Origin: Lama glama
Taxonomy: Eukaryota
DNA length: 64,000 bases
Direction: 5' to 3'
Assembly (NCBI GenBank): GCA_028534125.1
Contig: CM052816.1
Location: 38,504,001-38,568,000 of the forward strand
Every line of letters begins with the position of its first letter. The first letter of the stretch is position 1. The notes below the pieces were generated by a model. That model searched no databases. It worked only from the letters and a program-made list of their open reading frames with translations, and was not told the DNA's origin. Made by a program: the position numbers and the translations under genes. Of the stretch, positions 11,761-26,439 are shown piece by piece.

Positions 11761-14700
11761 GAAGGAAAGGGGATAAAGAAAAAGTGATGGATGGGAGAGG
11801 ACACAACTTTAGGGGGCAGAGGGGAGGTTAGAAATATTTTCTTTGGAAAGAGTAAAATCTGAGTTGCAACATGGGGGTAAAAATAAGAAATTAAGCTGAG
11901 CTCTGACAAGACCTCTTAGGGAAGAGCATTTCAGGCACAAGGAAGAGCAAGTAAAGAGGCTCAGAACAGTAAAGGTGCTTTTGCCTCTGAGGAACTGCCA
12001 GAAAGGCATTTGACTGGAGCAGAGATTATCAGCGGGGAAACAATGAAGATGGTGAGCTATACAAGGGTCAGATTATGGAAAACCTTTTTTATGTCATATT
12101 AGGAAATTTGGAATTTATTCTCAGTGTGATGGGACCTCACTGTGGTTTCTCACAAAATCTGACTAATCTTTTTAAAACATCACTGTTTACAGTGAGTGTA
12201 ACAAATAAGGGCGTGAAAGTTGAAGCTCCAGGAAGAGTCAGGAGGTCACTATAGAAAAGAGGTGATGGACTGAACCTTCAGAGATTCGGTCCTCTCAGGT
12301 GGGTAAAGTACCTGCCAGGAAGGACCTCACCCCTCTCCACGTTACATATGCAAATTGATGCCTGTGAGAGTCGGGTGCTTGGTCAATGTTACATTATCTT
12401 ACTGCTATCAGGTCCCACACCGTTAGAAAGATGTTACTCTTGCTCCTGAAATGTGCTTCCTCAGTGCACTCTAAAAAGAGTGATCGAGAAATCCTGAAGC
12501 TTCATCATCACTGTGTTCTAAAATCTCAATAGATAAGACCAGGGTTTTTTGTTGTGTTTGTTTTTTACAGCAGTGTACTCAAATGTTATTTTCAAGAGAT
12601 CAATAACAATACCATTTAAAATATCTGTAAAATGCATTTTCAACTACAGCATAACAATGAACATTTCCCAGTACCTGAATTTTCAAGAAATACTCTGAAC
12701 ATAATGAAATCATTTCCATTAACATCGCATTAATTCTGCTTTGAAGAGTTGGGGAAGGGACTGCAGGGTTCCATTCCCCTCAGCTCTCCGTGTTACGCAC
12801 CTGGCCTCGGCCTGAGTATTTGGTAGATGCAGAGAGAATAATTGAGGATTATGTTTATCCTTCCTGTTGACATCTGGAATAAACCCCAGGCAAAAGTCAG
12901 CAGCCGCTGATTCCAATAAGTATAGTTCCTCTGACAATGCAATTGAATATCTTCCTTTTTTTAAAGATGTAAAGTCTCTTTCTAATCCATCATGTTTTTA
13001 CCACATGTAAGCTTTGCTACATAACTTACACGTTGTGAAATTGTTCAAACAATATTTTAAGTACTTCCTGAATTTCTAATAAATACATAGTTATTAAAAA
13101 ACCAGTATTTCTCAACAGCCCAATTTTGGTAGCTTCACACATGCCAGAAACACCTGCCAACTACTTCTGCAGCCACCTTATTTCCTAACACTGTATAGTT
13201 TAAATATTCGATGTATTATTCATGAAGCATTCCTAATTGACATTTGTTATTCAGATGAACTGCAAAGCTATGGATCTTCCTTAAAAAGCATGTCATCTGG
13301 CTTGTATGAGATGAGAATCAAATTCAAATATTTCTCTTCTTTCATCTTTTCTTTCTTTCCTTCCTTCCTTCCTTCTTTTTTCTTAATTAGTTAGTTTTGG
13401 CAAGTAATGTTCATTTGTATTTGTGACTGGTAACTTACAGCTTCCGTCTTCTAAATCCCCTCAACTCTCTACAGTATCCCCCTGTCTCCTAAAAGGCCAA
13501 AAGGGATTCTGGCCACCAAGAACCATCTTCAAAATGCTTTTGACAAGGTTCTTGCATCTCAGCTGCCTGCTGTGTGAAACAGCAAAGGAGTCAAAGCACA
13601 TGAGAGAAAGAGAGAAAGAAAAATGCATTTGAAAGAATTGACAGAGCAGCCACATAATTGTGTTTAAGTAGTTACATTTTGCCAGAACTATGTAAAACAG
13701 TAATCCAAGTCATAAATTCTTTGTCGTAAGACCTTATATTCCAGTCATTTTTAATAAAGACATCATGTTTTTAATCTTCTACTCTCTCTTTTTTTTTTTT
13801 TTGGTCAAACATACACTGCTTCCATGGTATGGATATTGCTGAGAAACTTGATCACTTGCCTTCACTGCAATGTTTCAACGTTCAGCAAATGGCTGCACGC
13901 TCTTTGCACACTGGTGAAGTCTTGCACGGCATAATTAACTGCCTTGACCAAGATTCCTTGAGAAACCCCAGACAGGTAAACCCAGCCCCACAGAAGAACG
14001 TTTCCTACAGCACCATCACTAAGTCTCAAATCACAACGGAGAAAACTATCCTCAGCTTTCTAGGAGTGCTTCATTCACTGCTCTAGAGTAAATGCTTACT
14101 CATAAGTTTACATATATGTGTGCATGTATATATACATAAATAATTTATTGCTAATACTGAGTTTTAGAAAGTCATATTGAAACCTTCCTAAATAGATACA
14201 TATGCAAGGGACTAAATCAATGTTTTCTCATTTTTCCTTCGTTGTTTTGTCATAGTTAGATGTCTTTCTATTTTAAAGTAGGTTTTTTAAAAGGTGTCAA
14301 TACCCAGTAGTCCATCACACCACATCAAAGTCATTTTTTCATAAACAGAGAGAAAAATGCCTTGGAGGGTGAAAAAAAAAAAAGCACTATATTATAATCA
14401 CGGTTTGACACTGATTCTGTTGAACTTATATAATCACCAAACTTTATTGTTAGGAGTCCTCCGTTACCTAAAGGGGCCTCATTAACCTGTGTGATCAGAC
14501 AGGAAAACACAGTAGCAAACAATATAATTTTCGCCCTTTGCCACGTTCTTCTTGTCATTGCTGAAGGCACCGCATCCTGACATGGGATAAAAGAAAACAA
14601 AATGGAATCTGAATTTCAAGTGAAGAAAAATAACAAAACGTTGTGATTATAAGGCTTCATTTCTAAAGTTCACATGAATGAAACTAATCCCCCGGTATTG

Positions 14701-15405
14701 ATTTAAAAGGAAATTCATATTAGGAGGGATCATATTTAATTTTAGGCTACACATTGAAGTGATGAAAGACATTTTCTTCAGAAGATTTGTTATGAAAAAA
14801 TGTACTTAAAAGACACTGATACTGAAGCACTGTGGAGAATTTAGCAAATTAGCTTGACTTATTTTTGCCTTATTTCTTCAAAAATGTTGACATTATATTT
14901 TATGCAATATTTAAAATATTATAATGCCTAATTTTAAAACAAAAACGATACACCTTTGTTTCCTCTGTCCCATGAAGGTTACTATTTTTCTAGAAGACTT
15001 GGACAGCATAGCTATAGATTTAGAGTTAGGTTTGACAAATGTAAAGGATGCTGCATTTAATTCCTAGAGGGAAGTGGCATGTGATGAGCAGGACTGGGAA
15101 TGTTAACCCTACTCCCAGATCCGACACCGGCACCGGCAACGCCTGGATGGAACAATGTATTTTCCTGTAGTGGTTTCTTCTGTCTAAAGTACAATCAGAA
15201 CAACTATTTCCTTTACAGTGAACTTAATGCTTTGTTATTTTGTAAATGGGCAAATAATCTTAAGGGAAAGGAAAAGCTATCACACACACAAAAATATGGC
15301 AAACAAGTGAATCTATATTTAGGGCTAATTTTTACACAACTCATCTTCATCCACAAAAAACTTGAGACTCCTTGTACTATTAACATATACAAAACCAGAT
15401 GCAGC

Positions 15406-16133
15406 TTTTTTTTTTTAACATTTTTTATTGATTTATAATCATTTTACAATGTTGTGTCAAATTCCAGTGTAGAGCATAATTCTTCAGTTAGACATGAACA
15501 TATATATATTCATTGTCACATTTTTTTCACTGTGAGCTACCATAAGATCTTGTATATATTTCCCTGTGCTATACAGTATAATCTTGTTTATCTATTCTAC
15601 AATTTTGAAATCCCAGTCTATCCCTTCCCACCCCCTACCCCCTTTCCAACCACAAGTTTGTATTCTATGTCTATGAGTCTGTTTCTGTTTTGTATTTATG
15701 CTTTGTTTGTTTGTTTGTTTTTTAGATTCCACATATGAGCGATCTCATATGGTATTTTTCTTTCTCTTTCTGGCTTACTTCACTTAGAATGACATTCTCC
15801 AGTGACATCTATGTTGCTGCAAATGGCATTATGTTGTCAGTTTCTATCGCTGAAGAGTATTCCATTGTATAAATATACCACCTCTTCTTTATCCAGTCAT
15901 CTGTTGATGGACATTTAGGCTGTTTCCATGTCTTGGCTATTGTAAATAGTGCTACTATGAACATTGGGGTGCAGGTGTCATCCTGAAGTAGGGTTCCTTC
16001 TGGATGTATGCCCAGGAGCGGGATTCTGGGTCACAGGGTAAGTCCATTACTAATCTTTTGAGCTATCTCCATACTGCTTTCCACAGTGGCTGCACCAAAC
16101 TGCATTCCCACCTTTTCTCCACAGCCTGTCCAG
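15406..16133 (-). mobile_element. Young 5'-truncated L1 (camelid type) with poly(A) and TSD
   Basis: Poly-T at 15406-15416 and L1 3'UTR plus ORF2 C-terminal region in antisense. Direct repeat CCAGATGCAGC at 15395-15405 and 16134-16144, the right copy followed by ATTTTT/AA (L1 endonuclease consensus). Confidence 0.93.
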
Positions 16134-16159
16134 CCAGATGCAGCATTTTTAATAATTTA

Positions 16160-16385
16160 ACTCTGAAATCAGACTGCTTAAGTTCAAATCCCATCTCTGA
16201 CAATTATTATATGGTGACCTTCAGGAAATTAACTTTTCGGCACGTTGATTTCCTTGTGTGAGAAAAGTCGATCTCTTTTGTAACTTGTTTAGATGATAAA
16301 AGTTGTCATAATATATTTGAAAGTACTTAGAGCAGTGCCCAGCTTGTTGTAAAACCCTAGTAGACATTCCAGCTACGATTATCAT
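16160..16385 (+). mobile_element. MIR SINE
   Basis: ctctgaaatcagactgcttaagttcaaatccc…gtgaccttcagg…gtacttagagcagtgcccagc. Confidence 0.75.
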
Positions 16386-17864
16386 TGTACTAACGCACAT
16401 AGAACAAGTCAGTTATACCATAAACCCATGTAATCAGGCAATGAAAATGAAAATGGAAATTTTAAAAAGTGAAAAAGTAAGATTCTATGCTCATTTTTAC
16501 TCAACAAAAGAAACTAGTATGCAAAGTTCTATTTATTATCTTTATTAAACTTACATCTTCTATAAATGTTCTAAAATCCATCAAATTCTATCATTTCATG
16601 CACTCCTTATTCTTTTACTTCAAATAAGTTCCCTCTCTCCCCCTCAAAAATTAAATAAAATAAGTTGCTAAGAAGCTTAATCAAATCTAAATGGTTTCTG
16701 TGTCTGAGATGGTTGACAAGGGAAGACAAATCACAATCTTATGCTTAGAACTATAAGAGTAAATTCACATGCTTTAAATCCAATCCCATAGAAAGCATAT
16801 TTACACCTTTCAAATTTGACTTCAACAAAGCGCCTTCCAGAGTTTTGCTTAATATTCTAATCATAGTGTTACACATGTGCTTACTGGTTTGTTAGGACTT
16901 ATCCAGGAAGCTCTTCTCAGCATGCTTATAAATTTTGTGATTATTGTTATTTGGGACCAAAGCCTAGATCTGAAGGAAGCATGGAAAGGTAAGACCAATA
17001 TTTTTTTCCTAAACAAGTTAAAAAAAAAAACTTATTTCAGAGATTTTCCAAGCATCATAGCCTTTAGATTTAAATTCAAATTGTATTTTTATGTTAACAT
17101 ATATATTGGAATTAGAACATTCAGTTATTTATTTAGCTGACTTTAAAAGTCAGAAATTTATTAACCCATTTATTTCCTTAGTTATATAAAATTTTTTAAC
17201 CTCTTCTAACAGATATGTTTACCACATCTAAATAGAGGACAACTGTTTATTTTTCTTAATAATTTTTATTTATATTCACTACCATGTCTATTTTCAGTAA
17301 TCACTCAGCACCAAGAAAATATACACCCACTGGTTTCTACTCCCAGTTAATTTGCTCCAAAGAGATATATCACAGGTTGAAAATTCACCTGGTATTGTGG
17401 AGACCAAACTTCCCTAGAAGACCCAAACGCCAGATGTACAACAATATGACCTCTACAATTCAAACTATCAAGGGATGACAAGCTCAAATACTCTGAAATC
17501 AGAAGCAGAAGCTTGACTTTATTGGCAAAACATTTTTAATTATACTAGGTATCTCCTCCATGATAGAATTCAACTTCAACATCATCATCCACTACAGAGT
17601 CACAATGATAAATACCAAAAAAGATTAATATCCAGCCTGTCATTTGAGTAGCTCAAAAAACACCTACATTTATAACTATTTCATGCCTTTATAAATTTTA
17701 CCCTGGAGAAACTACTTTCCTCAAGGACAATGCAGTAAACAGGATGCTTTTAAACATAAATGTATACTGTTTATAACCTTTATTGTCTTGGTCACACTTT
17801 TCAATCTGTATATTCACCTTAAACTAGTCAGATATTTTAAAAATTTCTGATATAAAAATGTGGT

Positions 17865-18345
17865 TATGAAAACAAAAGCAGAAATTTCCACACACACAAA
17901 AAAATGGACAAGAATGTTCATAGCAGCATTACTCCTAATAGCCAAAAAGTAGGAACTACCTAAACATCAATCAGCTGATGAATTAATAAACAAATGTGGC
18001 ATATCTGTACAAAATAGAATGAAGTATTGATAACATGCATGGTACAACACGGGTGAACACTGAAAACATTTTGCTAGGTGAAAAAAGCCAGTCACAAAAG
18101 ACCATACACTATAGGATTCCATTTATATGAAATTCCCAAAATAAGCAAAACAATAACCATAGGTAACATTGGTCCCCCAGGGATGGCACTGAAGGCAGGG
18201 TTGTTGGAAAATGGGGAGTGTTCTAAAAGTGATTGTGGGGATGGTTGCGTAAGTATGTGACTATACCAAAAAACATCAAATTATACAATTCAAATCTGTG
18301 AATTATATACATGGGTTGTATCTTAACAAAGCTGTTTTTAAAAAG
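17865..18345 (+). mobile_element. Old L1 (L1MB-like) 3' end
   Basis: gaatgttcatagcagcatta…ccagtcacaaaagaccata…gattccatttatatgaaatt…aacaaagctgtttttaaaaa. Confidence 0.85.
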
Positions 18346-20734
18346 TCATAGCAAACTTCAGCAATGCTTCCACTATATTTACAGTCTGTCTTGCCTCCAA
18401 CTGGAGGATATTCTTTCAGAATGAAGCTTTCTAATCAGACATCTGAGGTTAATGATCCTCTGGCCCTTTCCCCTTAGAGATGACTCAAAGGGATAAAGGG
18501 ACTAGCTCGTAATTACACAGCTAGGTGGCAACAACTAGAACCCAAAGATTCCTTTATCAAGCTTTGGCTAATATCAGCAAAGTTTCTTGTTTGCTTCTTC
18601 TGAAATGGATTTGTACCTACTGTAAGTATTCTCTGACAATCATTTTGTTATAGTATGACCACTTTCTTTCTTAAATATGTGTTATTTATTTTTAAAATAC
18701 TTTACAATATATTACAATATGATACTTAGAATAAAATATATAAATTAACTATCTTCTTTCTTTGACTTTTATTTAATGGAATAGCCTCACTTTCTATGTG
18801 GTATTTAGGTCTTTTACATTCAAAATTCAACCATGTTTAGGTAACTGTAAAATTTTTAATATCTTTTTAACAAATAGAGGATGTCAAGAAATGATTTAAT
18901 TTATAAATATACACACTATTTTTTTTCTTTCCTTCTTTGCTTGCTTAAGAACAGTCCTTTAAATAATTGGTGTTTTAAAATTTTTTTCCAGTATCAATTT
19001 GACAGTAATAATTCATGTCATTTTGACTAAAGCTATGGGTTTTGTTTTGTTTTTTTTTTTTTAATTTGGTATTTGAATCACTGAAAATGGTTTATCCAGG
19101 GTCATCTTCTTGACTTAATACTCAAGGCTCTAAAACATAACACCCACGTGGGAACTGCAGATCTCTCATTGCTCATATCCTGATAGACTGTCCACTGAAA
19201 GATGGATCTGTCTTCCACCCCTAAGAAATTCTAAGTTTTCCCTTTCCTCTTTAATTCTTCAGAGAATAGCTTTTATTGCGCCCTCTTCCCCTTTTATTTT
19301 AATCACTTTTCCTCTCTTATTTCTCTCCCACCCATTTCCTAAACAATCTCCCTTGGTAGACTTTCTTCCCATGTGAACAATTCATCTTAGCTTTTACCTA
19401 CAAGGTGTCACAATTTTCTCTCCAAGATACTAAGGAATAACTATTCCACATTTAGAAATAAAATAACTGACACACAAAGATCATTAACAACGTTATCATG
19501 ATTAGTTAACGATAAGTCTAAACGTAGAGCCCAGTTCTTACTTGAGATCTGCTGTGGACGTTCAAGTGACATTGCTTAATACAAACCTAAGAAATCAGGC
19601 TTGCATTTCACCAAAGCAAACAGAAACACTGAAAAGCAATCGAAGACATCATCACAGTCTATAAAACCTATTACAATGGTGCATGCTATGTACAATATTT
19701 TTTCTTTGTTACGCTTACTAATAATTAGGATGCATGCATTTTGAATATTATTGAAAACTTCTCCACTAACCCTGGTATATTCTGCAAAATCATTTCAGGT
19801 GGAAGAATGTCTTCTTCCTTTTGACACCACACTATGTTATCTAACATGGAACCTAGCAATTTTCTGCCTCATATTTTATGTATGTTTTGTCTCTTTTACT
19901 TAAAAAAACATTCTTGAGGGTAGAATCCACATCTGAGCCTTTTTTCTCTAACCAACGATCCCAGGCAATTCACTGTCACCCAGTAAAGCTCAGTATTCGT
20001 TGTAGGGGCACATGTTCCTATTCTCTTCACAGCCTATGGAGTTGTTACACAGCTATGCAGTACATTTCAAAGGTGCCGTCATTTTTGAGCTATGAGAACC
20101 TAAATTATTTTCCCTATTAACTAAATTAAATAAGAAAAATTATTGTCAGAATTAGGGGAGAAACCCTCTCTTTGCAATCTTGAGATGAAACCCAGCTACA
20201 CCAGAGGAGACCTCTTAAAGATCCAAAAATATTACTGCATCCAATCATTTTATCTTTTTCAGTGCTTTTCATATCAAATTTGTTCTTCAGAGACCACATT
20301 GAACAAAATGGACCCGTGCATTTCCCCCGAATGAGAGACAGCAAGGATCCCAAGTGAAAGGCAGACAATCTATCTGCAGAAGTACCACCACTCATTTAAC
20401 CAAAATTCAGATTCCTAAGGAACTCAGTAATCCATGAGAGTTACTTTGCCAACAAAATGCTAACCTTTCCTTAAACACAGATTTTTGCTTTAGGAACTTC
20501 ATAGACATTTCATACCAAGTAGTTCCAATGCAGTGTGTCAGACAAGACTGTGTAAGAGCCTGACCCAATATGAAAAGAGTAAATATACACTTAAAGCGAA
20601 TACTTCAACAAAGCTCATTTTTTGTGATTTTTTTCACAGATATATATTTAAATATATTTAAATAAAGGACTTTACCTATTCTAATTCTTCCAAACAAATT
20701 TGATTAATAAAGTAGAATAAGGGGTATACATTGC

Positions 20735-20950
20735 ATTAACAGGCTGAACTCTAATATCAAACCTACATTTGAATTCACGCCCCACTACTTGTCAAATGTG
20801 AGACATTGGGCAAATTCAGCAATCTCTCTCTGCTCTGTTTTCTTATCTGAAAAATGAAGTGAATAATTGTACCTACTTTTGTACCTACCTAATAAAGTTA
20901 TATGGCTTAAAAGAAATACTGCTTATGAAGGGTTTAGTACTGGCACATAA
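20735..20950 (+). mobile_element. MIR SINE
   Basis: gtgagacattgggcaaatt…ctctgttttcttatctgaaaaatgaag…gtacctacct…ctggcacata. Confidence 0.75.
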
Positions 20951-23900
20951 TTTAAAATTTTAGATATTTTTATAACAGAAATATCATACAATAACATGGA
21001 TAATTAAGTTTTGATGTCTTCTTTATTTCAATTGTCTTTTGATGTTTCAAAAACAAAAATATATTATTTACTAAGAGAATCTCAAAATGTTACTACTTTT
21101 GAAAATAATATATCATTATAAGCAACACATTAAAATTTTAATTTTAACAGAACATGACTCACTCAGATAAGCACCAAAGTTTTAATGTTGTAATAGGAAA
21201 GGGGCTACTTCCATATCCCTGGGCAAAGAACAATCACCTATATTGAAGAACATGATATTCATCTGTTTTACTCTATCAAATAGGTTGGTGGAGGGAATGG
21301 GAGTAAGGAGTGGTTACAGAAAAGACAGGACACCCTCCCAGGTAGCCAGATTAGCACATGAAAACCTTTGTATAGATCTGGTCACCAAACCATATTGTGC
21401 TTTCATATGAACTAACTGAATATATGCATAGAATCTGTATTTTAATTACCAGAAGATTCAGACAATTATCAGCAATTTGAAGGCGGAACAATTTCTTAGA
21501 AGGTGGCAGGAATCCAGCTGTGCAAATCAAGTTAAGAAGTAAAACTCCAGTCTTTTGGAGGTGAAAGTAAGAGGGGGAATGAAAACTGCCAAGAATCCAA
21601 CTCTTCAGGGCCACCGCATGAAGTCCAAGGCAGAAATGCAGACATAGAGGAAATACAGGATTAGGGTAAGGACTAGGTCTTGGGGGAATATCCCACAAGG
21701 TCATTTGATGATAAGTCTCAAAAACTGAACCTTCTCAAATTCCTCCTGCCCAAGATGAGGAATAGCCCAAAGACAGCAACCGAGCTACTCCTAGGGGTAA
21801 AAGCCAAAAGGCTCCAATTTGAGAAGACAGACTTTAATGTCTGATGACTTGCCCAGGAAGGGAAAGACTTCTTTGCAGAACACTGAGCAGTGAGAAGAAT
21901 ACTAGCAGCATCTAGTGGCCCACCTGTGTAAGTGCCCCTGGAGCTAGGTCCTACGATCGAAGGAGCGAGATCCTAAATAAACACAGTGAACTACTGAAGG
22001 ATTTTAATGGATTTTTTATTTCTGGGGGAATAACAGTGGAAATAGGGCAACTGTCTAGACTACCATGTTCAAAGCATTGTGGGGAACAAAGAAGCATAAG
22101 ATGTCCAAAGAGTTTAGTATAACTGTATTCATCCTGCACAAGTAGACCCAGTTAGACCAAAATCAGTAAAAATCATGGCTAAATATATTGCTCTTTTCAT
22201 ATTCTTGATCAACCAATATGTAGAGTATTAAAGTAATGAAGAAGTAATTTCGAGAGACTAACATGACACATGACGAATTTCCTGCTCTCAAAGTAGATAC
22301 AGCTACAGAGCCTACTTAGATTCCATTTCTGTACCTATACCTGGCATTTTTAGCCACCTTTGTGCAGTAGCAGCTCCATATTGTAACATTAAACGGATGA
22401 CGAATTTTTCACTGTTCGCTATTTACTCACCTGTCTAAGCCATTTATCCTATGTCTATGGTGATTAAACATAGTTTATGCTAAAGAGTTCTGAAGAGTTG
22501 CTGATATAAATCATTCAGAAGACTTATTCTATCACGGAGACAACTCTATGACAATTTTGCCAAATATCTGTGCATAAAAGGATATAGGTATACTTTTTTC
22601 AAAGGAATGCACATTTTAAATTGTCAAAATGATCTTAAAGGAATGAAAGCAGATTCTTGAAAAAGAAGTGTCTAATAACTGAAAAAAAAATTAATTAAGC
22701 TCCCCTTTAAAGGTAGAAAAGAAATGGACATTACCTGAATTCTCATTCACTTGACTGTTTTTAAAATATTGAGGAGCTATTTAAATCTTGCCCCTAAGTG
22801 CTATCTTAGAATTTCGCTTTGATAACTAAGAGTCACTCCTTTCCTGAATGCAGCATAGTTGCAAGTTTCTCTTTAAAGCCTTTTTCAAGGCAGTTCTTTT
22901 TATTCACAGCTCACTTCTCTTCTTTTCTTAATTAGTAGCTTGAATGTGATTTTCCTTTTTTTAAATTGAGCAGGCTGTGTAGCTAAATGGTGTTTTTGAC
23001 ATTCCTGCACTGGGGACAGATTCAAGACGAAGGCAGAAGACAATAGAGATTGACTACATACTTCATGGCCCCAAACCAAGGAAAATGCTGGTAATTACAG
23101 GAATTCGGCAACACTTTGTCTCTTGGCATCTGTACTTGGAAAAACAATGAAATAATCATGGACAAATATGATGTGAAATGTGTTTATGGAGCAGCATGTT
23201 TTATTAACACTGAGCACTGCAGAGAGATAAGCACCACTTACTAATTTTAAAATTTCTATGAACTGTGGCAATTAAGCCTAATAATTCTTTAAAGACTATA
23301 ACAAAGATGAGTCCATTTCGTACTGCATTTTAGAGGAAAAAAATGAGTAGGGTGCTAAGGTTCAGTTTGGTAGTATGCCGCCAGTGTAATTTTGTGCTTT
23401 TCCTATCTGGTATGATTTGAAAATGGAAACATTTCCTAACACGCTAGTCTTAAACTTAAGGATTTCCTGAGCTCACATTTTTTCTTTTTTGCTAGTTTTT
23501 TCTTTTTTGTTGTTGTTGTGGAAACTATTCCTTAGGGGTCTTTTGTATCTTAGATGTTAATTTTATAGAGTGTTACTGAACACCACAGGTGGCCATCAGG
23601 AAACAATAAGTCTAACTGAATAAAGCATTGACTATATTGTTTCTTCCAGAATAGTAATTTTTCCATTACAGATTTTTCCCAATAACAACTAAAAAAGCCA
23701 CTGATTGTTTTTAGTCTTTTGATGAAAGACTAGGGGAGGTTTGTTAGAGCGCTTAGCAGAGCAAAACTGCGTCTTCCACTGCCTTAGCCCAAAGATGACA
23801 GGTTCAGGCTGGATAGCAAAACCACCAGAACTTGCACTGAGGATTAAAAACACAGACAAGAACTGAATTACTGATCATTGATAAAGGTTTATGTTAAGGA

Positions 23901-26439
23901 AAATTTAAATATATTTTAGTTTATTCCCTATGGGGGAAACAAGACATTTCAATTAATTAATAGAAAACAGTGCATCATCTATTTTCTTCCCTCCATATTC
24001 CTGTGTTATCTTTTGCAATTCATTGTCATTTCCTGAGCAATTTTAAAAGATAAACTTGCATATTTTACTTTGTAGCAAGAGAAATAAAACACAATGTATA
24101 GCTGTTCTCTGAGCATAAACCAGAGAACGCCAAGCTTCATTCATCTCTCTCCTCACAGAGCAAGTTTATTATGGCATTTATGCTGAAAAAAAACACAAAT
24201 CATTCCTTGTATTTGATATAGAAAAGGCATGTTGCCAATAATTTCTGAGCCAGAATTCTGTCAGCAGGAATGGAGTATGATTGCCTCCCATCCCCATAAC
24301 AAAAAACTCAGATGAGTTAATTTGCAACACTGTCCATTGCTTGTATTCTTCCTGCATTCTCAGAAAGATTATTCCAAAACATTAGTACATATTCCATAGT
24401 TGCAGAGGCAATTTCTCATTAGACCTGTAACTTGATAGAGAACCATACTACGAAGGAATATGGAAAAGAAGATTGTGCCAGTAGCATATTTTCAATGCCT
24501 CTCTTTTTTATTTGCATCCACAGTTGAAGAGGAACAGAGCTGGCTTTGGGCAAAAAGATGAAGTTGGAAGTCCAGCTTCTTTCTTGGTCTCTAATCTTCC
24601 TGAGTTGTGAATTCTCCCCAGCATCCAAAAGCCCATTCTACCCCAACACATACACATACCTCAAACTCTTTTTCCTCTTTGTTTTAGGTCAAAGGCTTAC
24701 AGTAATTTTTGATTCCCAGCACAAATGATTCTAAGTCAAAAACTGACTTTCCCTGAGATATTTATATTTTAATCCAAATTTCTGTTTGTGAGATATAAAA
24801 ACTATCTCCAGTCAAAGAGGGGGAAATGTAAAAGATATTGTTTAAGGAAAAAAGATAAAGCTGAGAGGGGGAAACATAATAAATTTTTGGTAGAAGTTCA
24901 AGCAGGTCTCTTTTGTTTTGCCAAAAAATTATACCAGCCACCTCTCAGAATCGGTTCTGAAGCCCAGCTTGCCCAATTGTGTCAGAGAAATGAAAGTGTG
25001 TATAGAAGTAATCAACACGAGGAAGGCCCACATACTTATCCTCACATTTCCATAAACCTCATGCAACTGCTCCTAGTTAAAAAGAAAAGGAAGGAAGGAA
25101 TGGAAAGAGAGAGGAAAGGACAGAGGGAGAGAAAAAGCATTTTCCACTGGGAGCTATGGGCCTAAGGAAGCAACATACAAGAATCATCTGTTTCTTCTTA
25201 CTCAGAATTTAGGTTCTGAAGTCCATTTATGCGGTGAGAAACACGTAAAATCAACCAGCAACAATTTTGCTCAATGATACAGCATTTCAACAAGTTCAAT
25301 GTTGACCCAGGGCTGTTCTGTTCCCTCCAGTTTTGGAGGCAGACTACTGCCCACTGTGAGAGGCATGAGGCAACTGATTCCGAGAGAAAGTAGAATTCTG
25401 TCTCGGATCACGCTGTGTGCAACATTACTAGGTGAAGGGGATGACACAACTGTTCACTTCTACAGCCAAAGAATCTGGTTTGTCCGCCCCACTCGAGCAG
25501 GATGAAATAACTTTCCCCAACAGGAGTACCCACTGGTTCTTGACCCACAGGCTCTGCTTCTTTAAATCAGTTCTAAACCTCAGTCCTCTAAGACGGGTCC
25601 TTCTGGGAAAGGAACCACTAGTTATGCTCCTAAAGAATCTTTGAGATGAAAAGCAGCAAGGCAGGGAATAAAGGAGACACTGGCAGGAAGAGGGGGGCAT
25701 AAAACTCTGGCATTATGTTTTCGCTAAAGCACTGAAGACAAGTACATGGGGATCTAAGGTATGGTGATCGTTAAATGTAGCACTTTTTCTTTTAAATTGT
25801 GTTCACATCTCTGAGTGTGAACGAAAGATGGTTAGACAGTCGGTGGTATTAGGAGGAACTGTGAACACTGACATAGTTTTAAGACACTGGTGAAGTGATA
25901 AACAGAAAAGAAGAAACCACAAATCTGATTTCACTATGAGAAAGAAATGCTAGTTATAGAAATTCACATAACTTTCATAGCACTGATGACCTTTTGCTGT
26001 GTAGGATAAAAGGTACATACTTGTCAGAAAGCATGCTAGATTACTGTTGCTTTGCTTGACTTCACGCATTCTTGCATGCTTGGTATGTGCTCTTCTACAA
26101 GCCCGGCTCACTATTGTTTTTAGTCCAAGTAACTCAAAATGTAATTTGTTTTGTTTGCCGTCATAAAATTGTTATTTAGGAAAAATGTAAATTTATAATT
26201 CAGCATTACTGATAGTATTAATATGAGTGCTTTACCAAATAACTACAAGAAGCCTCTTTAACTTATTTATGAGGAACCAAATTTTCTTTTTTAGAAGAAA
26301 ACATTATACCTATGCAATATGTATTGTGGTTCAGAGACTGACAGTTTATTACATTTATTGTGAAAAATAGTGCAAATATTATTCGGCGTCATACTAGCAC
26401 ACTCTATAAACGCCATCAGCTTATGATGATGGAAGTTTC

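Noticed and set aside
21901..21950. Two CTCF-like words (gcatctagtggcc; gtgcccctggag)
   Set aside because: Both break the invariant GGC spacing of the core motif.
24788..25700. Cluster of 68-125 aa ORFs
   Set aside because: Overlapping on both strands, mostly non-ATG starts, low-complexity purine-rich content and no recognisable domains.
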